From Bacteroidia bacterium (GTDB lineage Bacteria; Bacteroidota; Bacteroidia; SpSt-205): DNA of 64,000 nt. Made by a program: the position numbers and the translations under genes. The notes beneath the pieces are model-generated. The model was not told where the DNA came from and made no database searches. It saw only the letters and a list, made by a program, of their open reading frames with translations. Positions within the stretch are counted from its first letter, which is position 1, and each line of letters begins with the position of its first letter. Below, in pieces: positions 27,386 through 36,169 of the stretch. Location of the stretch: contig JBCNVG010000013.1 in the NCBI GenBank assembly GCA_039630325.1, positions 48,396 through 112,395 of the forward strand. Direction: 5' to 3'.

Positions 27386-30352
27386 TTGCGTCTCATGAAG
27401 AGTGTTTTGCTTTTCGTAGGAACTGTACTGCCCCTTTTAGCCCAAGAAATTCTTCTGAGAAGGGTTCAGAAAGCTTCAAATCCAGCTTCTCAAACTCCTC
27501 CAGTTGAGAGCCAAGCCCCCCTTTATCTCAAAGGAAAAGTGGTTGACGCAAATACTCGCGAACCCCTAATGGGAGCGTATATTAGAATTCCTGGCAGTGT
27601 CGTGGGAGCTATAACCGATTCTCACGGGGAGTTTCGTATCCCCACGACTCTCACAAGCCCAATATCAGTAGAGGTTCAATACCTCGGATATCAGACGCAG
27701 CAGGTACTCCTCCATCCAGCAAAAGAAAATGCTGCTTCAACTGAGATTGCTCTAAAAGAAGAAGAAATCGTTGGTCAAGAGGTGGTAATCTCAGCTTCTC
27801 GGATAGAAGAGCAATTCATGAAAACCCCTGTCCAAATCGCTCAGCTATCAAGCTTGGCGCTACGAACAAGTCCCAGCCTCCTATCAGCTCAAACTTTATC
27901 CTTTCTACCTGGGATAGATGTGGTGCACACCAGTCTTACCTTCCCGGTGGTAAATAGTAGGGGGTTCAACTTTACTCAGAATCCTCGCTTCATCAACCGC
28001 GTAGATGGAATAGAAATGCAATCTACAGCTCTAAATGTACCTGTTCTCACCTTCACAGCACCTCCTGAAATAGATATAGCGAATGTAGAAGTAGTCGCTG
28101 GCCCTGCTTCTGCTCTATACGGCCCCAATGCGTTCAATGGAGCGATGATAACGACCCTAAAAGACCCTTTCCAATATCCAGGCCTGTCTGCCCATGTGAG
28201 ATTAGGTATAAACCACGTAGGAAACTCTCAACGAGGTAACGCAGCCCCTTTATATGACTTTCAAGCTCGATATGCTCGGAGTTGGAATAATCGACTGGGT
28301 GTCAAGGTGGCTTTACATGGACTTTCAGGAGAGGATTGGTGGGCCACAGACCGTTCCGATCGCGGCATATATGCTGGTGCGTCCTATCCCTACGACATAC
28401 CTGGGCCCCATAACCCTGGCTATGTACCTCTCAACGGATATGGGTATGATGCCCGAGTACTTTTACGCAACTTTCCTTTGCCCTTCTTCGATGGCACTCG
28501 CATGCCTGACTTCTATCTGAGTCGGACAGGCTACATGGAAACCGAGTTGGTCTCTAACAAAGTTCAAATTGCGAAGATTACGGGGGGCCTATTTTACCGG
28601 TTTTCTGACCAGCTCATGGGTCAGCTAACCTTTCATGTAGCGAATGGCCGCACCGTTTATCAAGCTAATACCCGATATTCTTTAGAAAACTTTCTTTTCC
28701 ATGCCTATAAAGCGGAAATAACCCACTCCAGGGGATTTTTACGGCTTTATACGATACAGGAGAATGGAGGACGCTCTATACCTCTTGGCCTCTTAGGGGT
28801 GAATCTTCTGCAAGCTGTCAAACCGCATTCGGACTGGTTTCCGCAGTATTTAGTCACCTATGCAGGTTTCTTAGATGGAATGATCTCTGCCCAAGACCGA
28901 GCGGCGTTTGAAGCCTACTATGGCCGTCCTGTTCCACAAATGGGAGATCACGCAGGGGCTCGATGGCTTGCGGACAGCGACACCCGGTTTTTAGCGACCC
29001 TTCCGTCTGCGGCTCCGGTAGTAGCTATCCTTGGCGGACGATGGGATGTAGGGCGAGCCCGTCCTGCCCCCAATAGCCCTGAACTGCGCCGCCTTGTAGA
29101 TTCTCTGAGTCGCATACCCATCACGCAAGGAGGGGCTCTCCTTGTAGATAGGTGCGCCTTACATCACGCAGAAGCTCAGTATGAGTTGCCCTCTATTTGG
29201 AATCTGCAAACCGTAGTTGGTGGCAGCTTCCGTCTATTTGAGATAAACTCTCGCGGCACCATTTTTGCTGATACCCTCGGAAGGCCCATTTACAACTGGG
29301 AAACCGGGGCTTACATTCAAACTCGGCGCCACCTTTGGGATGAGAGGCTTCAACTCACCCTGGGGCTACGATATGATTACAGACAATATTTGATTGGACA
29401 AATCACTCCTCGCACTGCCCTCAGTTGGAGCTGGGACCGAAAGAATAACCACATTCTCCGTCTGACCTATCAAATGGGCTTTCGTAATCCAACAAGTGAA
29501 GCCCTATTTATCCATCTCCAAACAGATGCCCTCCTGATCGGAGCGCTTCCTCAAACAGATAGAGCGTTGGGCATCGCAGGATTGAATAACTACACCAAGT
29601 CGTCCGTAGAAGCTTTTCGAGCGGCTCGAGCCCAAGGTGTCCCAATCGATGAAGCTGCGAAGCTCCTTCGCAGCCTCCCCATAAATGGTATTCGGCCCGA
29701 AAAAGTCCAGAGTTTAGAAGTAGGCTCACGCCATCTTCTTTTTGACCAGAAACTTCTCATAGATGTAACTTACGCTTATCAGCGATATAGAGATTTTCAT
29801 GGAAACGTCCGAATATATGGGCCAGCCGATAAGGTCAGCCAACTTTCACCGCAAGATGTTGAAAATGATCGTCTTTCTCCCCTCTATGGTCGTTACTTCA
29901 ACATTCCAGGAACCCCCCAAGCCCAGTTCTTTACTATTGCCCTCCAGTACCGAATCAACCGTTATCTCCTAGCCAATGCCAACTATACCTATGCCCAAGC
30001 TTGGGGATTAGAGGAGACAAAGAGTCTAGACCCTGGCCTAAACATGTTCTTCAACACCTCTCCTCATCGGGCCAATGCAGGTATCTGGATACAAAATCTG
30101 GGTCGCTGGAATGCCCAGTTATGGTATCAGTGGGTACATGCGTATCTTTTTGAGTTTCCCAACTATAAGGGTATTGTCCCGACTTACAACCTTCTCCATG
30201 CCCAGGTCAGTTATCGTCTGCCGCGATGGCATAGTGAAATACGGCTTGGGGCCCAAAACTTGTTGAACTTTTATCACATTCAGGTGCCTGGCGGCCCTCG
30301 CATCGGTGCTGTCTATTACATTCAGTACAGCTTTGATAGTTTGAGCCTGTGA
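27386..30352 (+). CDS. TonB-dependent outer-membrane receptor (carboxypeptidase-regulatory-like domain + plug + barrel)
   Basis: Signal peptide, then CarbopepD_reg signature (LKGKVVDANTREPLMGAYIRIPGSVVGAITDSHGEFRIP). Plug motifs follow (NSRGFN, VDGIEM, IANVEVVAGPASALYGPNAFNG), then a long beta-barrel region. Confidence 0.7.
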   Translation: MRLMKSVLLFVGTVLPLLAQEILLRRVQKASNPASQTPPVESQAPLYLKGKVVDANTREPLMGAYIRIPGSVVGAITDSHGEFRIPTTLTSPISVEVQYLGYQTQQVLLHPAKENAASTEIALKEEEIVGQEVVISASRIEEQFMKTPVQIAQLSSLALRTSPSLLSAQTLSFLPGIDVVHTSLTFPVVNSRGFNFTQNPRFINRVDGIEMQSTALNVPVLTFTAPPEIDIANVEVVAGPASALYGPNAFNGAMITTLKDPFQYPGLSAHVRLGINHVGNSQRGNAAPLYDFQARYARSWNNRLGVKVALHGLSGEDWWATDRSDRGIYAGASYPYDIPGPHNPGYVPLNGYGYDARVLLRNFPLPFFDGTRMPDFYLSRTGYMETELVSNKVQIAKITGGLFYRFSDQLMGQLTFHVANGRTVYQANTRYSLENFLFHAYKAEITHSRGFLRLYTIQENGGRSIPLGLLGVNLLQAVKPHSDWFPQYLVTYAGFLDGMISAQDRAAFEAYYGRPVPQMGDHAGARWLADSDTRFLATLPSAAPVVAILGGRWDVGRARPAPNSPELRRLVDSLSRIPITQGGALLVDRCALHHAEAQYELPSIWNLQTVVGGSFRLFEINSRGTIFADTLGRPIYNWETGAYIQTRRHLWDERLQLTLGLRYDYRQYLIGQITPRTALSWSWDRKNNHILRLTYQMGFRNPTSEALFIHLQTDALLIGALPQTDRALGIAGLNNYTKSSVEAFRAARAQGVPIDEAAKLLRSLPINGIRPEKVQSLEVGSRHLLFDQKLLIDVTYAYQRYRDFHGNVRIYGPADKVSQLSPQDVENDRLSPLYGRYFNIPGTPQAQFFTIALQYRINRYLLANANYTYAQAWGLEETKSLDPGLNMFFNTSPHRANAGIWIQNLGRWNAQLWYQWVHAYLFEFPNYKGIVPTYNLLHAQVSYRLPRWHSEIRLGAQNLLNFYHIQVPGGPRIGAVYYIQYSFDSLSL

Positions 30353-32442
30353 AAAAGGTATTTCTATATCTCACAGGGATAAGTATAGGATGGGGGGGGC
30401 CTTGCGAATCCTGTCAGGATGACGTTCTTTGTCTAAGTCGCTGCGCATATCAAGCCCTCTCTAATGCCCAGTCTAAGGAAGAGCTGCATGAGGCCACCCT
30501 TCTCTTGGCTTATAGCTGGCTTAGAGGTGATTTCGTGGAGGGGGTGCCTCGCCTGGTTTTCCCAGTTTTAGATGATCCGAAAGCCTCGGATTCCCTCCGC
30601 TTACAGGCCATATTGTTTTTAGCTCAAGCGCATTACAAGCTGGGACGACTCGACTCAGCAACTGTGTGGTATGAGCGAATAATTGAACGCAGCCAAGCTT
30701 ATCCTTTTCTAAAAGCACGAGCGCATTTGGGGTTAGCTGCCCTCTTAGCCAAGCGCAATCTCATGCAGGCTCTTAGCCAAGCGTCGGAAGCCAGCGAGAT
30801 CGCTGACCGAATCCAGTATCCTCTCCTGGTCGCTGTTGCTTACACCCAGTTAGCCTATCTCATGGCAGAGCAACGCAACCGGTCCCTCGCTCTTCAATAT
30901 GCTGAAAAAGCCGTTCAGGCCGCTCAAGTCGCACTTGATCAAAATCAACGCCACCTCCTTCTAAGCTCTCCGATGGAGACTTACCTAGCAGCGGTGGCTA
31001 ATTTAGCCTCATTATATGCTGAAGTCGGACGACAAAAAGAGGCGGAGTCGCTGTATCGTCGCATTTTATCTGAGGCTAAAAGCGATAGCCTTGCTATAGG
31101 CCAAGCTGTGATTGGATTAGCTTTACTTCACCTTCAAAATCGTTCATATGGAGAAGTAGAGCGCCTTCTGACATCTTATCATCCCCTTTTTAGCGCCTTG
31201 CCTTACGAACTTCGTAGGGAAGCCTTACGATTACAAGCCCAGCTTTACGTAGCCCAAAACCGCTTGGCCGCCGCTTTGTCTATCTATGAAAAGCTTTTAG
31301 AACAAGCCGAAACACAGGGCATGCAAGCACAGACCAATCGTATTGAGCAGCTTCGGACCTTAGCGGGCATAGAAGCTCAAGAAGCTCAACTGCGCAGTAT
31401 GGAGAATGCTCGCCGTAAAGAAAGGCTGCTGTACCTTAGCTTAGGAGGAATCGGAGTTCTGCTATTAGCTGTCATGGGATGGGCTACTTACATAGCCAGG
31501 AAACGAGCTTCTGAAGAGCGAAGCTTCCGAGATGTTATCGCTACTCAAGCTCAAAAGATACAAGAACAGACTCGGATGTTAGAGCAGCAAAATGCCGAGC
31601 TAATCCGAATCTCAGAGGTAATGACAGAGGCGCTGACCACAGTACAAGAATCTTACGCGGCCGCCCGACGGTTGCAAAGGGCTATCATGCCAGACATAGA
31701 AAAACTGATATCAGGTTCAGCCCTCTATTATCATCCCATGCAAGAAGTAAGTGGAGATTTTTATGTGCTTGCTTACGATCCCTCCACTGCACGCATTCTC
31801 GTCGCAGTTGGAGACGCAACCGGTCATGGAATCAGCGGAGCAATATTGGCGGGTATTTTTTCCTCTACCATACAAAATCTTTTTTATCGTAACCCTTCCC
31901 AATCTCCTCAATCTCTATTGAAGGGCCTACTAAAATCAATGCAAAGTTTTCTGAACTTAGATCCAGGGAGCAGAGCTGCTCCGTTGCGCGAGGGAGCAGA
32001 TTTAGCTGTTGGAATTGCTGACTTCCGCTATAAAAAACTGTATCTGGGATTAGCTGGAAGACCTGTTTGGCTACTCACACCAGAGGGATTGAAAGAGTTT
32101 GAAGGAGGGCGGCGTGGCATAGATAGTTACACGCCGCTTGATTACGAGTTTCGTGAGTATGAAGAGTCTTTGAATGAAGAGAGCTCTATTTTCCTTTTCA
32201 CAGATGGTATTTCTGATGCTCTTAGCCCAGATGGAAAGAAACTTGGTATCAAAGCTTTACGTGCTCAAGTAGAATCTGAAAGCTTTCTCACATCCACCGC
32301 AGGAGAGCAGCGAGATAAGATTGTTACTTTCCTGAATGAGTGGACCCAAGGAAGGCCTCCGAACGACGATGTCACTATGATTATTTTACCAATTCGATCA
32401 CTGTATGAATATGCCCAGGCTCGACTCTTGAAACAATCTTAG
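30349..32442 (+). CDS. TPR-repeat sensor fused to a PP2C/SpoIIE-family serine phosphatase, single TM
   Basis: N-terminal TPR region, a TM helix (LLYLSLGGIGVLLLAVMGWATYIA) and a C-terminal SpoIIE/PP2C domain (SGDFYVLAYD...VAVGDATGHGISGAILA...NDDVTMIIL). The GTG start overlaps the TonB-receptor stop (GTGA). Confidence 0.8.
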   Translation: MKKVFLYLTGISIGWGGPCESCQDDVLCLSRCAYQALSNAQSKEELHEATLLLAYSWLRGDFVEGVPRLVFPVLDDPKASDSLRLQAILFLAQAHYKLGRLDSATVWYERIIERSQAYPFLKARAHLGLAALLAKRNLMQALSQASEASEIADRIQYPLLVAVAYTQLAYLMAEQRNRSLALQYAEKAVQAAQVALDQNQRHLLLSSPMETYLAAVANLASLYAEVGRQKEAESLYRRILSEAKSDSLAIGQAVIGLALLHLQNRSYGEVERLLTSYHPLFSALPYELRREALRLQAQLYVAQNRLAAALSIYEKLLEQAETQGMQAQTNRIEQLRTLAGIEAQEAQLRSMENARRKERLLYLSLGGIGVLLLAVMGWATYIARKRASEERSFRDVIATQAQKIQEQTRMLEQQNAELIRISEVMTEALTTVQESYAAARRLQRAIMPDIEKLISGSALYYHPMQEVSGDFYVLAYDPSTARILVAVGDATGHGISGAILAGIFSSTIQNLFYRNPSQSPQSLLKGLLKSMQSFLNLDPGSRAAPLREGADLAVGIADFRYKKLYLGLAGRPVWLLTPEGLKEFEGGRRGIDSYTPLDYEFREYEESLNEESSIFLFTDGISDALSPDGKKLGIKALRAQVESESFLTSTAGEQRDKIVTFLNEWTQGRPPNDDVTMIILPIRSLYEYAQARLLKQS

Positions 32443-32533
32443 ATGAAAATGTGTGAAATTGCCGAATATCCTCATTCAAAAGCAGATAGCCTCGACAGCA
32501 AAATAGAGAGTGGGCAGAAGCCCTTTCCAAGTT

Positions 32534-33091
32534 TCAGTTCTGACCTCTATTCATGATAGGTCTCTGTGCAGGTGCGCGTGACGGCACGGTCGCAGGGCGC
32601 CTATCAGCAGTAGTGTAAGAACACTCAGATTCTCCTTCGTAGGAGAAGTTATCGTCTTTCACAGAGACTCGCATCCGAATGATGAGCTTACCTCCCTGCA
32701 AGACGCCTGTACCCTCCTGTGTCTGACCAAGAACGCCCGTTTGCGAAGGAAACCGTAGCTCGGTAGAAGAGACCACATCGGCTACAAGGGAGTCTTCCAT
32801 GGATGCAGAAGCGGTACCACCAGGACCGCTTGAGCTGGCCTGCGCACGACTGAGTAAAATAAGACGCTTAGGATTTTGTGGATCCTTTCGGATACTCAAG
32901 ATTCCACTTGCAGTGTGTTGACTACCTGTATCATCCATGGGCTGAGAGGACTTGATAACCCGATTCTTACAGGGACCTTCCAATCGCCAAGTGCCCACAA
33001 AGGCATCGCGCAGATCCTGCTGCGCCCACAGAGCCGCTGCACCGAGTGCCACGGCATACAAACCGAATCGAACGATGGAATGATGTATCAT
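32534..33091 (-). CDS. Hypothetical secreted protein
   Basis: Clear signal peptide (MIHHSIVRFGLYAVALGAAALWAQ). No recognisable domain. Confidence 0.4.
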   Translation of the reverse strand: MIHHSIVRFGLYAVALGAAALWAQQDLRDAFVGTWRLEGPCKNRVIKSSQPMDDTGSQHTASGILSIRKDPQNPKRLILLSRAQASSSGPGGTASASMEDSLVADVVSSTELRFPSQTGVLGQTQEGTGVLQGGKLIIRMRVSVKDDNFSYEGESECSYTTADRRPATVPSRAPAQRPIMNRGQN

Positions 33092-33890
33092 AGGCTTGTA
33101 GATTTACCATTTCTACGAGGTAATATTGAGTCGAATTGGACTGGACCTTTGGATCATTTGAATAGCCGTCGCTACGCACTTCTAAGAGACAAGCATTTGA
33201 GCGTCCCGGCACGCTCCGCAAACTGAATGTCCCACAGAAATACAGGCCATTTTTGGCATCTTCTCGAAGGACTCCCGCTTTCCGCAGCATCATTCCGACT
33301 CCTTGGTCAGCTCGCTTAGATCTATCAAACCAGCCCTGATCTAAGTTAGCGATTATGATTGGCTCCTTAGGATTGGGTACGAGGACCATGATTTCGCGAC
33401 TGGGGCCAGAGAAATAACTAACTGAGGTTCCACGGGGATGTTCTATTTCCAGACGGAATCCTCCATCCCTGCATAAAGTACTCCTTCGCTTCACTTTATC
33501 CCCTTCACAACCGCGATCATAATAAAGCCCCTGAGCTAAGATTAGCTCAATTCCATTCACCCTACCTATATGAAAGCTCTCGTACTTGTTAGCCACATGA
33601 GGTACAGGAGGGGGGGAGGGATCATTGACCAAATGCTCATCTTCAGGAAAACCGAATTCGATGGTAGAGGACTTGACTACATACTCCCTTTTGGGTTGTC
33701 CAGCTAAACAGCGGATGGCAAAGGTTCCGGTAGTTTTCTGGATGGGCGTTACGGGGGTGAAAGAAATACGCTGCCACATCGTACCAGAGAGCTGCTGGAG
33801 TTCCGACACACTCACTGACCGAATACGCACCTGGGCATGAATAAGAGCTATGATAGCTCCCCCATAGCGCATGAAGTAAACGAAGCGCAT
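32967..33890 (-). CDS. Hypothetical protein
   Basis: 307-aa ORF. Its 3' end overlaps the downstream ORF by 125 nt in another frame, so the boundaries or integrity are uncertain. Confidence 0.3.
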   Translation of the reverse strand: MRFVYFMRYGGAIIALIHAQVRIRSVSVSELQQLSGTMWQRISFTPVTPIQKTTGTFAIRCLAGQPKREYVVKSSTIEFGFPEDEHLVNDPSPPPVPHVANKYESFHIGRVNGIELILAQGLYYDRGCEGDKVKRRSTLCRDGGFRLEIEHPRGTSVSYFSGPSREIMVLVPNPKEPIIIANLDQGWFDRSKRADQGVGMMLRKAGVLREDAKNGLYFCGTFSLRSVPGRSNACLLEVRSDGYSNDPKVQSNSTQYYLVEMVNLQAYDTSFHRSIRFVCRGTRCSGSVGAAGSARCLCGHLAIGRSL

Positions 33891-33915
33891 GATCTGGAGG
33901 CTGCATTGAGGTTGT

Positions 33916-34464
33916 TTACTGGAACGTAACCTTGAAGCTTCCTTCGGTTACTCGAACTGAGTCTGTGGGATTGAAAGCGCTGCCTTGTCCTAATCCCCCG
34001 TACAACATACCGCTAAAAGTTCCTTCTGCTCGATTGCCTCGGACATTGACGGTGAGAGTGAGATTAGCACCAGAAGCAGTCGGATGAGGGGCAGAATATC
34101 CGCGTCTCCCTTGTGGTCCATGATGAGTGTAAAGAAGCTGAGGGGTTCTATCTGAGCCGGAATCTCTACCTGTGAAAGTATAGGAGGTATCAGAACCCGT
34201 AGTCGGAAGAGGAAGATCCGTGATAGTGATAGAGAATGTATCTCTGCCTTCATATAATATCCCTATCAAACCCCCATAGTTGTCTCTTTGCATCGCCGAT
34301 ACCATGGGGAACTGCTTCAAAGTTCCTTGGATTTTGGCTTGAAGGGAGTTGTCCCCTAACATGCCTCCGCCAGTCGGGGAGTTGGGGTCTTTTTTATCCT
34401 TCTTACAGGCAGAGAAAGTCAGCAAGCTGACCACCGCCACTATGTTCGTAATACGCCTTCTCAT
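33916..34464 (-). CDS. Hypothetical lipoprotein, member of a tandem paralogous triplet (A)
   Basis: Lipobox at internal start MRRRITNIVAVVSLLTFSAC-KKDKKD. C-terminal motifs AEGTFSGMLYG and TDSVRVTEGSFKVTF are shared with the two upstream genes. Confidence 0.55.
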   Translation of the reverse strand: MRRRITNIVAVVSLLTFSACKKDKKDPNSPTGGGMLGDNSLQAKIQGTLKQFPMVSAMQRDNYGGLIGILYEGRDTFSITITDLPLPTTGSDTSYTFTGRDSGSDRTPQLLYTHHGPQGRRGYSAPHPTASGANLTLTVNVRGNRAEGTFSGMLYGGLGQGSAFNPTDSVRVTEGSFKVTFQ

Positions 34465-34465
34465 A

Positions 34466-35032
34466 TCAAAATCGGATTTGGAACTCTCCATCTGTGATTT
34501 GGAGCGAGTCAGTAGGCTCTGCGGCATCGTAGACCCAACCTGAAAAACTGCCTTGAGCTGTATTGTTAGATACCGACACCTGCATGGTAAAGCGAGGCGG
34601 CTTGGAGGCTGTATGCGAGGCGTAAATGGAGTCACCTCTGGAGCGGACGATAGAAAGGATAAAAACGAATGTACTAGTTTGGGCAGGCGTAATATTTACA
34701 GTGTAGTTGGTATCAGGACGACTTTGGGGATAGGCAAAAGAAATGGTGCATTCAAGCGTATCGGTGGGGCGATTTAGCCTGTGGGAGAATGCGTGAGCGC
34801 GACCATACATATACCCAGACTCCTCCACATAAAACTTGAGCAGTTCGCCGCGCAGCCTAAACTGGATCGTACCCAAGGAGGGGTCTCCGCCACTACCGCC
34901 TCCCCCTCCACCACCGCCACCAGAGTTCTGTCCAGAGCCTGGATCATCTTTATCCTTCTTCTTGCATGCGGGGCTACTTACTACAAAAAGTCCAAACAGC
35001 CCCCATAGAAGCATTTTCGAATATCGCCTCAT
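34466..35032 (-). CDS. Hypothetical lipoprotein, tandem paralog (B) with poly-Gly linker
   Basis: SSPAC-KKKDKDDP lipobox, a G9SGG linker, and the shared motifs PQSRPDTNYT, AQGSFSGWVYD and TDSLQITDGEFQIRF. Confidence 0.55.
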   Translation of the reverse strand: MRRYSKMLLWGLFGLFVVSSPACKKKDKDDPGSGQNSGGGGGGGGGSGGDPSLGTIQFRLRGELLKFYVEESGYMYGRAHAFSHRLNRPTDTLECTISFAYPQSRPDTNYTVNITPAQTSTFVFILSIVRSRGDSIYASHTASKPPRFTMQVSVSNNTAQGSFSGWVYDAAEPTDSLQITDGEFQIRF

Positions 35033-35046
35033 AAGAATTAGAGCTT

Positions 35047-35580
35047 TCAAAATCGTAAGCGAAACTCTCCATTTGTAATGCGCACTGAATCAGACGCCTC
35101 CCAATAGTTGTACAACAACCCACTAAAAGTTCCCTGAGCTATATTACCTGATGAGATTCTAAGCTGCACATCTAAACGAGAATAACGATTCCCATGACGA
35201 GCACTGGTGATGTAATACTTGCGCGCTGGATACAAAACTACTCGGAACTCCCCTCCCACTACGTCATTTCGGGCATTAAGTTGATAAGAAGTATCTGTGC
35301 GACTGGTCGGAAGAGGGAAATCAAGGACGAACTCAATCGTATCGCTGCCTACGATTAGGGTGTCTGTAGAGTGAATATACTCCGGTCCAAACCCCGCTGC
35401 CTTGTAGCTTAGAAAGGGAGTATAGGTAAAGGTTCGGCCATTCGCTTGGAAGCTTACCCGATTATCCGTATAAAGCCCTGATCCAGTCCCTCCACTCGCC
35501 GGCTCATCTTTCTCCTTCTTCTTACAGGCCAAGCTCCCTATCATAAGGAACCCAAGAAGGTAGACCTGATAGTGCCTCAT
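35047..35580 (-). CDS. Hypothetical lipoprotein, tandem paralog (C)
   Basis: GSLAC-KKKEKDEP lipobox and the shared motifs PLPTSRTDTSYQ, AQGTFSGLLYN and SDSVRITNGEFRLRF. Confidence 0.55.
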   Translation of the reverse strand: MRHYQVYLLGFLMIGSLACKKKEKDEPASGGTGSGLYTDNRVSFQANGRTFTYTPFLSYKAAGFGPEYIHSTDTLIVGSDTIEFVLDFPLPTSRTDTSYQLNARNDVVGGEFRVVLYPARKYYITSARHGNRYSRLDVQLRISSGNIAQGTFSGLLYNYWEASDSVRITNGEFRLRF

Positions 35581-35638
35581 AGCCCAGCGAGGCAAGTGGC
35601 TACAAAGGGTTACTGGTGAGAGACGCATACATCGAGCT

Positions 35639-36166
35639 CTATTTTAGGTTTTTGCCAGAGGAGCCACACTCTCCCACATATTCTCCTATCATTCGATAGC
35701 TCATGACCTCCGCTTCACCACGCCAAAGCTTGTATTCGCCCTCAAACTTTGTTTCGGAGAAAGTAATGTCTATCTCCCCTCGCATATTAGGGCAGACCAG
35801 ATCATAACGCATACGACCATCCTGAATGCGCAGATTTTCAAACTTGCAGTCAGGAATAGGGGACTGACCGTCAGAAGGTACCCCACCAAATGGAGCCCGC
35901 TTTGCTTGCGCCATCATTTCATCCATGCAGAACTCTGTCTGCATTTCTGGGAGCATTACCTTTAGCCTCATTTTCTCAAAGCTCTCTATGCGCGTGCGCA
36001 CTCGCCAGAGGCCCGTCTTGAAGAACATCGATGCTCCCTTGGAAGTATTGATTTCTGCTAACGAGGAAGATTCGTCTCTCTTGTACTCGTTGGCCTTTTC
36101 CGAAGAGGAACAGGCCCCTGCTAAGAGCAAAATACCCAAAAATCCTGTCAACTTAGCCCAGCTCAT
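35639..36166 (-). CDS. Small Cys-containing lipoprotein (DUF3617-like)
   Basis: Lipobox LLLAGAC-SSS with conserved Cys spacing (FCMDEMM...PDCKFENL...DLVCPNMRGEIDITF). Confidence 0.45.
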   Translation of the reverse strand: MSWAKLTGFLGILLLAGACSSSEKANEYKRDESSSLAEINTSKGASMFFKTGLWRVRTRIESFEKMRLKVMLPEMQTEFCMDEMMAQAKRAPFGGVPSDGQSPIPDCKFENLRIQDGRMRYDLVCPNMRGEIDITFSETKFEGEYKLWRGEAEVMSYRMIGEYVGECGSSGKNLK

Positions 36167-36169
36167 ATC

